A stretch of DNA of 64,000 nucleotides from an uncultured Phycisphaerales bacterium (GTDB lineage: Bacteria; Planctomycetota; Phycisphaerae; Sedimentisphaerales; Anaerobacaceae). Positions within the stretch are counted from its first letter, which is position 1, and the number at the start of each line of letters is the position of its first letter. The notes under the pieces were generated by a model that worked only from the letters and a program-made list of their open reading frames with translations, had not been told where the DNA came from and made no database searches. The DNA is taken from NCBI GenBank assembly GCA_963772725.1, contig CAVYYI010000002.1:256001-320000 (forward strand), given 5' to 3'. The position numbers and the translations under genes were made by a program. Shown here piece by piece: positions 53,435 through 62,554 of the stretch.

Positions 53435-53595
53435 TAGCAATTAAAGAAAATATGTAACCTTACACAGTCCGGTTGTTAAGAAGTAGAGCAACTTTGCTAG
53501 ATTCGTAGCCACTACTTATCCGCAAAAATTAGGATAAGTGGTACGGCTATACTTTTTCTTGCATTGCTATAAATTTATTTTCCTCTGCGGCGAAA

Positions 53596-54837
53596 TTACT
53601 TCTGTTTCTTGCGCTTATCCGCAGGCTTATCCAGCTCGAATGCAAGACAAACCGCCTCAAGCGCCTTTTCCGCCTGGTTCTCGTCGACGATACAGCTTAT
53701 CCGTATTTCGCTGGTCGTTATAGAATCAATATTCACCTTTGCGTTCGCCAGTGCGCCGAACATCTTATCGGCGATACCATAATGCGACCGCATCCCGACG
53801 CCCACCGCAGAAACCTCCGCAATATCCTCTCGAATAAAAATCTTTTCGCATCCGATGTCTTTTTTGATTTCCTCGACAGCCTGTTTGGCCGCCTCCAGGT
53901 CAGATACGCCGATTGTGAACGACAGGTTGGCCTTCTCTTTGCTGACCTCGGTCTGAATTATGTCGTTAATAATCACCTTCGCCCTGGCCAGGTGCGAAAA
54001 TACCTTCGCCGCGTTGCCTGGCTTGTTATTAACGCCGTTAAGACCTATTTTCGCCATCTCTTTTTGAATCGTTGCGCCCGATACTACTATATCTTCCATT
54101 TGTGGTACCTCGTGAGTTATTAATGTTCCTTCTATTTCTTCACTACTGCTTCTTACGTGAATTTTAACGTTATATTTTTTCCCGAACTCTATCGAGCGGC
54201 CATGCATTACTCCCGCGCCGAGGCTAGCCAGCTCAAGCATCTCATCATAACTTACTTCTTTCATCTTGACAGCTTTTTTGAAGATGCGCGGGTCGGTCGT
54301 ATAAATACCGTCAACGTCCGTATAGATTTCGCACTCGTGAGCCTTCAGAGCCGCCGCGATTGCAACCGCCGTCGTATCCGAGCCGCCTCTGCCCAGCGTT
54401 GTTATATTCTCGTTCTCGTCTATGCCCTGAAAGCCCGCGACCAGAACCACTTTGCCCGCGTTAAGTTCCTTGCAAATTCTTTCCGTCCCGATGCTCTTAA
54501 TCCTCGCCTTTGTATGCACGCCGTCCGTCATCATCTTTATCTGACCGCCAGTGAAACTGATGGCCGGATAACCCATCGCGTCCAGCGCCATTGCGAAAAG
54601 CGATACCGTTTGCTGCTCGCCAGTGCTGAGTAACTGGTCCATTTCCCGCTTTTGGGGATTAGGATTCAATTCCTTGGCGTCTGCAATCAGCTCATCCGTC
54701 TGATGACCTCTGGCTGATGCGACTACCACAACCTGATAACCTTTTTTTACCGCATCGATTACGCGTTTTGATGCCCTGCGGATTTTCTCCGCGTTCGCAA
54801 CTGATGTCCCGCCAAATTTTTGTACAAGTATTGCCAT
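53596..54837 (-). CDS. lysC: aspartate kinase
   Basis: VQKFGGTSV, TTLGRGGSDTT, YTDVDG, two ACT domains, TSEIRIS. Confidence 0.96.
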   Translation of the reverse strand: MAILVQKFGGTSVANAEKIRRASKRVIDAVKKGYQVVVVASARGHQTDELIADAKELNPNPQKREMDQLLSTGEQQTVSLFAMALDAMGYPAISFTGGQIKMMTDGVHTKARIKSIGTERICKELNAGKVVLVAGFQGIDENENITTLGRGGSDTTAVAIAAALKAHECEIYTDVDGIYTTDPRIFKKAVKMKEVSYDEMLELASLGAGVMHGRSIEFGKKYNVKIHVRSSSEEIEGTLITHEVPQMEDIVVSGATIQKEMAKIGLNGVNNKPGNAAKVFSHLARAKVIINDIIQTEVSKEKANLSFTIGVSDLEAAKQAVEEIKKDIGCEKIFIREDIAEVSAVGVGMRSHYGIADKMFGALANAKVNIDSITTSEIRISCIVDENQAEKALEAVCLAFELDKPADKRKKQK

Positions 54838-54874
54838 AATTCATCCTAACCAAACGCTTAAACTTTTATACCTT

Positions 54875-56065
54875 TCAACTCTTTAAGAAATATTCCATTA
54901 ATTCGAAACCTTTGTCAATTCTTATCCCAGACTCAACAGCGTTGGCCTCGCTGAAAGGCAGATTCAAAATACCTTTCACGCCCGTCCCAGCCATCGCAAA
55001 TGGAACCGCATCCGCCGAGTGAGCGCAGCTCTTTACCGGCGTAGGATGGTCCGGCGCAACCAGTATCCGCCAATTTTCATATTTCCGCATCGCCTGATAT
55101 ACCGGACCGACAATATGTTTATCAATCTGCTCAATCGCCTTTTTCTTCAGCAATGCGTTGCCGCTATGCGACGCCTCATCCGGCGCCTCGATATGCACAA
55201 AAACAATATCGTATTTCTCCAGCGCCTCTATCGCCGCCGCACCCTTGCCCGCGTAATTCGTATCTGTAAATCCCGTCGCCCCGGGTACATTTATCAACTC
55301 AAACCCAATCAGCTTCGACAGCCCCCTGACCAGGTCCACAGCCGTAATCGAAGCGCCCTTCAAACCAAACCGCTCCCTGAAACTGTCCATAACAGTTTTT
55401 CTGCCCTGTCCCCAAAGCCATATCGAACTGACCTGATTTTCATTGAGGTCTCTCCTGACCTTGTTGATTTCATGCTCCGCGAAAAGCTGCTGCGATTTGG
55501 CCATCAGATTTATCAGCACGTCCGAACCTTTCCCCCGAGGCAGTATCTTCTCCACCTTCGTCCCAATATAGTCGTGAGGCGGATAAGTATGAACGTCAAA
55601 ATCCGCCCCATTAAACACCAGCAGATGCCGATAACTTACACCCTCATAAAAATGTATACTTTCCGAACCAAACAACTCGTTCAGGTCTTTTATCAGCCTG
55701 CCGCCTTCCTTCGTGGAAATATGTCCCGCGCTGTGGTCGGCCATCTGACCATCCGCAAACGTTACCATATTGCACCTGAATACCCAATCGCTCGGCGACA
55801 ATTCGATATTCATCGCCGCCGCCTCTATCGGTGCTCTGCCCGAATAATACTTTGCCGGGTCATAACCAAGCAAACTCATCTGCGCCACGTCGCTGCCCGC
55901 CTCCATATTCGCCGGCACAGTCTGCACAAGCCCAAGCCTGCCTTCCATACTGATTATATCCATATTTGGAATCTCAGCCGCCTCAAGTGCCGTCTTATTC
56001 CCGAATTGTTCGAGCTTTTCATCCGCTGCGCCGTCAGGAACGATGATTACATACTTACTGCTCAA
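54875..56065 (-). CDS. cofactor-independent phosphoglycerate mutase family protein (ApgM-like; proposed homoserine kinase)
   Basis: PDGAAD, GSDVA, GRAPIEA, HIEAPDEASH, PDHPTP; TTG start overlaps the hom stop. Confidence 0.88.
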   Translation of the reverse strand: MSSKYVIIVPDGAADEKLEQFGNKTALEAAEIPNMDIISMEGRLGLVQTVPANMEAGSDVAQMSLLGYDPAKYYSGRAPIEAAAMNIELSPSDWVFRCNMVTFADGQMADHSAGHISTKEGGRLIKDLNELFGSESIHFYEGVSYRHLLVFNGADFDVHTYPPHDYIGTKVEKILPRGKGSDVLINLMAKSQQLFAEHEINKVRRDLNENQVSSIWLWGQGRKTVMDSFRERFGLKGASITAVDLVRGLSKLIGFELINVPGATGFTDTNYAGKGAAAIEALEKYDIVFVHIEAPDEASHSGNALLKKKAIEQIDKHIVGPVYQAMRKYENWRILVAPDHPTPVKSCAHSADAVPFAMAGTGVKGILNLPFSEANAVESGIRIDKGFELMEYFLKS

Positions 56066-57381
56066 TCTCCGTCCTCCTCGGGTATATCCACTATCCTTAT
56101 ACACACAGGCTTGCTGCAAACCGTATTCAATTGACTTAGCCGCTTGATTGCCGCGCCTACCTTGCTCTCCTTGTTCGGATGCGTCGTTATAACCGCAGGA
56201 ACCGTATCTTTAGGCCCTCGCCCCTCATGCTGCAAAACCCCCGATATGCTTATCGCGTTATCCGCCAGAATCTTGCCTATCTGCGCGAACACTCCAGGCC
56301 GGTCTTTCACCATCAGCCTGATATAAAACCTGCTCAAAAGGTCACCGATTTTTTCTATCTTCGCCTCTTTGTTAGGCCGGATACTCAACTGGTTAAATGT
56401 CGTCCTCGAATTGCCCATCGCAACATCAATAATATCCGCCGTCACCGCGCTGGCCGTCGGCATCATCCCAGCCCCGCGCCCGTAAAACATAACCTGTCCC
56501 ACCGCGCTGCCGAATATGCTCACCGCGTTAAACGCTCCCTTTACCCGCGCCAGCGAATTTTCCTTCGATATAAAAGATGGATGCACCCGCAGCGATATCA
56601 TTCCGTTCTCGTCCCTTTGCCCGATCGCCAGCAGTTTCAGACGATACCCCATCTCATCGCCGTAACGAATATCGTCTTTCGAGATTCCCTCTATCCCCTC
56701 AACAAAAATATCTTTCAGCCGGATTTCATACCCGAAGGCTATTGATGCCAGTATCGCCAGTTTGTGTGCGCTGTCCCCGCCGCTTATATCCAGCGTCGGA
56801 TCCGCCTCTGCGTACCCTTTCTTCTGCGCAGCCGCCAGCACCTCTGCGAAATCCAGACCTTTGTCCGTCATATTCGAGAGAATATAATTACACGTCCCGT
56901 TCACAATCCCGTAAATCGCGTTTATATTATTTGCCGTCAGCCCCGTCCTGATTGCTGATATAATCGGTATCCCGCCCGCGCAGCTCGCTTCGAACGCTAT
57001 GCACTTCCCTTTCCGCCTCGCCGCCGCATAAAGCTCGCTCCCGTATTCCGCCAGCAGCGCCTTATTCGCCGTTACAACATCCTTGCCCGAATCCAGCATC
57101 TTAAGCTGAATCTGCTTGGCAACCCCCGTCCCGCCGACAAGTTCAATCCCGATTTCAATACTCTTATCTTTCAGCAGCCTGTCTAAGTCCGTTGTTAACA
57201 AGCCCTTAGGCAGATTTATTAGCCGAACCGACTTGGTATCCTTATCCACCACGCACGCAAGTTCCAGACGTATCCCGGTCTTGGCAGCTATAGAATCCGC
57301 CTCTTCCAGTATCAGCTTAGCCACACCGCTGCCAACCGTCCCGAAACCAACCAGACCTACCTTGACACTTTTTTCTGTCAT
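56062..57381 (-). CDS. hom: homoserine dehydrogenase with ACT domain
   Basis: GFGTVG, VTANK, FEASCAGGIP, NGTCNY, GYAEADP, GAGMMPTASAV. Confidence 0.96.
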   Translation of the reverse strand: MTEKSVKVGLVGFGTVGSGVAKLILEEADSIAAKTGIRLELACVVDKDTKSVRLINLPKGLLTTDLDRLLKDKSIEIGIELVGGTGVAKQIQLKMLDSGKDVVTANKALLAEYGSELYAAARRKGKCIAFEASCAGGIPIISAIRTGLTANNINAIYGIVNGTCNYILSNMTDKGLDFAEVLAAAQKKGYAEADPTLDISGGDSAHKLAILASIAFGYEIRLKDIFVEGIEGISKDDIRYGDEMGYRLKLLAIGQRDENGMISLRVHPSFISKENSLARVKGAFNAVSIFGSAVGQVMFYGRGAGMMPTASAVTADIIDVAMGNSRTTFNQLSIRPNKEAKIEKIGDLLSRFYIRLMVKDRPGVFAQIGKILADNAISISGVLQHEGRGPKDTVPAVITTHPNKESKVGAAIKRLSQLNTVCSKPVCIRIVDIPEEDGD

Positions 57382-57641
57382 AATTTCACTAATTTTAAAT
57401 TTTTAACTTTAATTTTTACATTCCCTACGCTGCGGGCAGTTAATTTAACGCAAAAACCGCCCTGTGGTCAAGCAAAAACCAGCCAATATTCATTATAAGT
57501 TCCCCGAATAACCTCTCCCCCGTGTATCGAATGACATTTAGTTTACCACGCCGATTTATTCGGGAGGTTTAATCTGCGAAAGTTATTGAGCGTTCTTTCC
57601 CTTCCCCCGCGAAACACTACGGATGAAACCGGTAGATGGAG

Positions 57642-58055
57642 TTATTTGGGGAGCTTGGTCAGCGACCACTTTTTAGAATCCCAATTATATTCGAAGACCA
57701 TATTCTTAGGATTTTCATATGACCCATCAGGAAATGATGCTCTTACAGAGTTTACATCCCATATCAGCTTTGCATCTCTTTCGCGGAAATGCATACTATC
57801 TGCCTTCGTATCATAAACGATTAATGCTTTTTTAAAATCGAATCCTTCAGATACTCCATTAAACATTATGTAATTTTTCGTTTCCCATCTCGTCCCTAAG
57901 GAGAACAATGTTAATTCGTATTTTTTATCAGGTGAGCAATAAGAATGGCCGCCTCCACGAGTATTAACCATTTTCCACAACCAGCATAGTATTACTGTCA
58001 CAAGAGCTGTAATGATGATAATCCATAACTTCCCACTGAAATGTTTTAAAAACAT
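57642..58055 (-). CDS. hypothetical protein with N-terminal TM helix
   Basis: SD AAGGA; AT-rich 137 aa ORF. Confidence 0.65.
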   Translation of the reverse strand: MFLKHFSGKLWIIIITALVTVILCWLWKMVNTRGGGHSYCSPDKKYELTLFSLGTRWETKNYIMFNGVSEGFDFKKALIVYDTKADSMHFRERDAKLIWDVNSVRASFPDGSYENPKNMVFEYNWDSKKWSLTKLPK

Positions 58056-58078
58056 TCTTTTTCCTTTTAATTATTCTG

Positions 58079-58987
58079 TCAGCGACTAAAATTCGATTTA
58101 AAATCAGAAACGGCTTTAATATGCCGTGGGGTGGTGCCGCAGCAGCCGCCGAGGATTTTTATTCCTGCTGAGTAGATTCTTTTGGCGGCGTTGGCGAATT
58201 CTTGCGGGGTAACTTTGTACTGAGCTTTGCCGTCAATTAATTCGGGCAGGCCCGCGTTGGGTTCAGCGAAAATAAGTACATTCCGCGGCAAAGTCTTTGC
58301 AGTCGAAACAAATTTTTCGGCAAGTTTAACATAATTATCGAGCGAAACTGTGCCGCAGTTAAAACCGACGGCATCGACATCCATCGCGCCAAGTTTTGAA
58401 ACGGCTGATTGAACACTAACACCCATCATCGTTTTGAAATCGTCGCCGGCGGTATCAAAGGCCATTGACACAAACAGAGGCAAATCGGAAACAGACCGGA
58501 CAGCCTCAACCGCCAAAACAGCTTCATCAAGAGCGGTCATTGTCTCGATGCTAAAACCATCTACGCCCCCTGCCATGAGAGCCTGCGCTTGCTGCGCAAA
58601 AGCGATTTTCAAATCATCCTGCTTTAAGAGTCCCAGCGGTTCGAGGAAATCCCCACTGGGGCCTATGTCGCCAAGAACATATTTTTCGTTGCCGGCGGCT
58701 TTTCGCGCAATCTGCGCACCTGCGATATTTATCTTGTCAACCATTTCGGAGAATCCATGCCTGCCCAAAGCGTATTTATTAGCGCCAAATGTGTTGGTCA
58801 GAACAGCATCGCTGCCGGAATCAAAATAACTGCTGTGAATCGCGGAAATAATTTCAGGCGATTCGATATTGAGATATTCGTTGCATTTTCCGGGTTCGAT
58901 GCCGCGAGCGAACAACTGCGTTCCCATTGCACCATCGAGTAAAAACAAATCCTGCTTAATACGGTTTCTTAAATCTGTTCTGTTCAT
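58079..58987 (-). CDS. homocysteine S-methyltransferase domain protein (stand-alone MetH N-terminal domain)
   Basis: LDGAMGT, TNTFG, IETM, GFNC, PNAGLP, GGCCGTTP. Confidence 0.92.
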   Translation of the reverse strand: MNRTDLRNRIKQDLFLLDGAMGTQLFARGIEPGKCNEYLNIESPEIISAIHSSYFDSGSDAVLTNTFGANKYALGRHGFSEMVDKINIAGAQIARKAAGNEKYVLGDIGPSGDFLEPLGLLKQDDLKIAFAQQAQALMAGGVDGFSIETMTALDEAVLAVEAVRSVSDLPLFVSMAFDTAGDDFKTMMGVSVQSAVSKLGAMDVDAVGFNCGTVSLDNYVKLAEKFVSTAKTLPRNVLIFAEPNAGLPELIDGKAQYKVTPQEFANAAKRIYSAGIKILGGCCGTTPRHIKAVSDFKSNFSR

Positions 58988-59004
58988 AGATAGACTCCGA
59001 TTAT

Positions 59005-59871
59005 TTATTCGCGTGATTGTTCAATTACGTTGCCGTCCACAACTTCCATAATATGTTTAAAACCCTTCGGCGGCGGTTTCTTGAAAAGAACTTTAGCCTG
59101 CGCAGCGTTTATATCCGTCGCTGAGGTGGAGTTCAGGGTAATAGTAAATGAATCCTTAATATGGCCGTCCGCGGAAGCGGCAATTTTTATATACGACGGT
59201 ATAAAAAAATTCTCGGCGGCTTTTTCGTATTTGCCCATCTCGGCAGTTAGTATATTCTTCCCGTTCGCGTCGAAATATTCAATCTTCGAAACTTTCCTGT
59301 CGCAGTTATAGACATATATTTTCTCAAGGGTTGTTCCGTTTTGGGTTTTTGTCAGCACATCAAATGCGCCCTGGTTTGAAAGAGACCAGTTCTTCTCAGA
59401 ATCCGCTACGATAAGCCCGAAAGCCTCAAGCAAAATCCGGGGATTAATTTTCAAGAGTCCCAGGCTGTTCTGCTGCGACCACCTGCCCCACCAATAGCTG
59501 CTAATATCTTTGTGCCTTATAGATAGCCAGAACTCATCAGCATTTGAACCGAGAACAATTCCCTTCGGGTCAAAACCAACGTCTCCCTGCAGATAAATAT
59601 TTATCGGAGGACTGACCCATATTTTAACAGCGAAATTTTGTTTATCCTTACCGTTAAAGTAGATACATCGGCCGTTACCTCTCCACGACACAGCGTTTTT
59701 ATAATTTGTTTTCAATGCGGATAAGGCATCTTCAACAGATGCGGCACCGGGACAAACTTTTGCGGACTTACGCATCTGCGGTGCACAGCCAACAAAAAAC
59801 AGCATTATAACCACTAAAACAGAAAGAGTTTTGAATTTTGAGTTTTGAGCTTTAAGTTTATTCTGTATCAT
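59005..59871 (-). CDS. hypothetical lipoprotein
   Basis: lipobox FVGC after a hydrophobic stretch; GSN.DEFW motif. Confidence 0.7.
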   Translation of the reverse strand: MIQNKLKAQNSKFKTLSVLVVIMLFFVGCAPQMRKSAKVCPGAASVEDALSALKTNYKNAVSWRGNGRCIYFNGKDKQNFAVKIWVSPPINIYLQGDVGFDPKGIVLGSNADEFWLSIRHKDISSYWWGRWSQQNSLGLLKINPRILLEAFGLIVADSEKNWSLSNQGAFDVLTKTQNGTTLEKIYVYNCDRKVSKIEYFDANGKNILTAEMGKYEKAAENFFIPSYIKIAASADGHIKDSFTITLNSTSATDINAAQAKVLFKKPPPKGFKHIMEVVDGNVIEQSRE

Positions 59872-59876
59872 TTGTA

Positions 59877-60365
59877 TTATATGTCTACCTGCAATATCAG
59901 ACTTACCTGTGACGACAACTGCTCAATTTTTTTCTCGTCGAGGTGCGGATTAACGACATCGACAAACCTGTCCTCTCCGGTAACTTTCAAATGCCATATT
60001 TCCGTGTCGCTTTGTGTCCTTGATGACTCATACTTGAGACGTCGTTTCCGCATTAAAATCAGCATCAGAACAAAACGGAAGTTCAGCTTTTCGGGGTCAG
60101 TTTCTTTTTCAAGTCTTTCAAAAAACGCTATCAGCATCTCGTCATCGACGAACATCTGCTTTTTTTGATTCGGCTGGGGCAGTTTAGTTTTCCAGTGACA
60201 GAAGACGGCAGGCTTTCCCCGCTGCCAGTAATCCGCTGAAAAATCACGCCGCACAAGTCCCTGCTCCGTTTCCACGAGGGCGGCAAAATATTCTTCGCCG
60301 TATTCTATCTTTTCACCCGTCCCGGAACATTGTCCGAGAGGCTTGTTAATTTCCCATTCGTCCAT
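59877..60365 (-). CDS. conserved hypothetical protein
   Basis: C..TG, RRDFS..YW, LILMRKRRLK. Confidence 0.75.
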   Translation of the reverse strand: MDEWEINKPLGQCSGTGEKIEYGEEYFAALVETEQGLVRRDFSADYWQRGKPAVFCHWKTKLPQPNQKKQMFVDDEMLIAFFERLEKETDPEKLNFRFVLMLILMRKRRLKYESSRTQSDTEIWHLKVTGEDRFVDVVNPHLDEKKIEQLSSQVSLILQVDI

Positions 60366-60765
60366 CTTTTATTTCTTCTCTATCCTTATTAAATTTCAGC
60401 CATTGCTCCATATTCTGCACGATTTTAGGCCCAATGCCCTTAATCTTTCTCAAATCCTGCGAGCTTTGAAATACAGGACTGTTTCCATCTTTATCGGCAT
60501 GCTCCTGTCGATAATTCTCTATCGTTTTAGCCAATCCAATTCCTATTCCCGGCAGCCTTACAAGACTCGCCACCGGAGCGTCATTAGGATTGATTTTCTC
60601 ATCCAATTGAATACTAATCGCCTCTGGCCGCTGAAATCCTGAAGCAGAAAAATATATAGAGAAAAGCACCGATATAAACACCGAAATAATAAAGGCAGAC
60701 GATTGTATTTTGTCCCGGACGATTTCAGTTTTTTGATTAAAATTGCCGCCTGCCATATTGCACAC
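60346..60765 (-). CDS. ComEA-like helix-hairpin-helix DNA-binding protein
   Basis: INPNDA..LPGIG..A..I..YR..F....DL..IKGIG. Confidence 0.85.
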   Translation of the reverse strand: MCNMAGGNFNQKTEIVRDKIQSSAFIISVFISVLFSIYFSASGFQRPEAISIQLDEKINPNDAPVASLVRLPGIGIGLAKTIENYRQEHADKDGNSPVFQSSQDLRKIKGIGPKIVQNMEQWLKFNKDREEIKDGRMGN

Positions 60766-62235
60766 TTAACGGCTGAATATTGCTTCGTGAAGATTTTTCA
60801 ATACCCTGAAAGACTTCTTCGACGCCATATCTTTAGCCAGCAAACCGCTGTTAATAAAATTATTATTCTCGGTGTCAGCAAGAGCCGAATATGTTACCGA
60901 ATCGACAAACGGCTTACTGAACGCTATTTTATAAAACTCATCAATCCACTGCTCCTGGCGGTTCTGATTCCACTCTTTCAGCCAGACGCCGGAAAGACCA
61001 TCGCATTTTGATTCCACAATTTCACTGGGCACTTCGACCTCTGTGATATGCAGAGGCTTTCCTGCCGCGCCGAAATTATCCAGAATCGCCGAAATCTGCA
61101 TCATATCCCGTGTGTATATATCGGCCTGGTTTTTATCAAAACGCATCAGCAGGCTAAAAGCGTCAAAATTGATTCCACCCTGCATAATCATATCCATATA
61201 TACAAGCGGCGGCAGAGTAGACGGCAGGGAGGCAAAATATTCCCCCCAGGGATTACTTACTTCGACAATCTTGAATGCCTTTTCATTGGCGGCCTTGGCG
61301 GCCATGTTCGCCGCGCGAGTCATCTCCAAGACCTGCTCAAAATTAAAACCAAACTGATTAAATATATTGAGCCCGCTTATAACCCGCCACATTCGGATGC
61401 TGCCGGTGTATCGTGATATTATCTTCAAAATAAATCTGTACGCTGCCTCACGAACCGTTTCAAATTCGCCTCCGCTTTCCAGTAGCCACTTAGGAAGATA
61501 CTCCTGTGTAAAACACAACAAAGGCCCAGCGCAAAGGACAACTTTCTTTTTAGCAAGTGCCTCTATACAGGCGTCAATACCTGCAAAATTGTATTTGTCT
61601 TTCTCAGGCTCAATTTGTGCCCAATTAACTGGAATAGTCATAAACCCAAACATGTCAAGCAGTTTCTTGAGATACCTGGCATCTGCCAACAGTTCCGGGT
61701 TTACTTTGCAACCGAGGCATCCCCTGCCGAACCCGTGATTCCTGACCCTCGTGTTGAAAACAGTTTCAGCCTGGTTTACGGCAAGCTTTTCTGAAAAAAC
61801 AACAGCCTTTTCAAGAGACTCATCTGCCAGCATCGAGGCCTTGGCGGAGTCGCCGACATTCTGAATCGCCTGAATGAATAAATCCTGTGCCTGCCTTGAG
61901 ATTTCCCCCAATTCCTCAGTATCGTTGAAAAAAGCCCAGTCCTCCCGCTTGGTAATAACCTGCATCAGTTTTGCCCTGGCGATTTCGAGGTTCAGATTGT
62001 AAGGCTGCTCTCTGTCAGGCAGACAGGTTGTGGGCAAAAGGGTTTTTGAGCCGTTGACCGGCCATAAAAGCGCAAGACCGGATGTTTCCATACTCGGTTT
62101 TTTACATTCGATTATTCCGTTTTCAAATGCAATTTGAACACGACGAATCGCAATACCGTTTGTCCCAAACAGGTACGCACCGCATAATTCAAACTTTTCA
62201 AACAGCCTGCCGTTTTTAAAAACCTGAAATTTCAC
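60766..62235 (-). CDS. GH10-like TIM-barrel protein with N-terminal extension
   Basis: WAQIEPE..Y.F, LPKWL, Y...I..W.V, LHITEV. Confidence 0.75.
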   Translation of the reverse strand: MKFQVFKNGRLFEKFELCGAYLFGTNGIAIRRVQIAFENGIIECKKPSMETSGLALLWPVNGSKTLLPTTCLPDREQPYNLNLEIARAKLMQVITKREDWAFFNDTEELGEISRQAQDLFIQAIQNVGDSAKASMLADESLEKAVVFSEKLAVNQAETVFNTRVRNHGFGRGCLGCKVNPELLADARYLKKLLDMFGFMTIPVNWAQIEPEKDKYNFAGIDACIEALAKKKVVLCAGPLLCFTQEYLPKWLLESGGEFETVREAAYRFILKIISRYTGSIRMWRVISGLNIFNQFGFNFEQVLEMTRAANMAAKAANEKAFKIVEVSNPWGEYFASLPSTLPPLVYMDMIMQGGINFDAFSLLMRFDKNQADIYTRDMMQISAILDNFGAAGKPLHITEVEVPSEIVESKCDGLSGVWLKEWNQNRQEQWIDEFYKIAFSKPFVDSVTYSALADTENNNFINSGLLAKDMASKKSFRVLKNLHEAIFSR

Positions 62236-62554
62236 TCTTGGCCTCTAAACTAAAAATAAATTTTTAACCTAAGCCATTACCGTATTAACATAATATAAAA
62301 AGTTAGACGCTTATTATAACTATTTCGCCCCCGAAAGCAACCCCAACTTTAATATACCAACAGCGAAGGCGCACTCGCCATACCGTTTGCCGTAAGTTTA
62401 CAGGAAGAAAAGCTTGTATTCTTCCTAAGCTTAATGATATAATATTTTACTAAGGTCAGGATGTGGTGCAAGCGTGGGGAGGAAATTTCACCTTTGTCCG
62501 TAAACAACGGACATGAGGGATTTGATTTGCTTAGAGAAAAGGGGATAACGATTT

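Noticed and set aside
55019..56134. 371 aa ORF on the + strand
   Set aside because: Antisense shadow of the ApgM-like gene, with no motifs.
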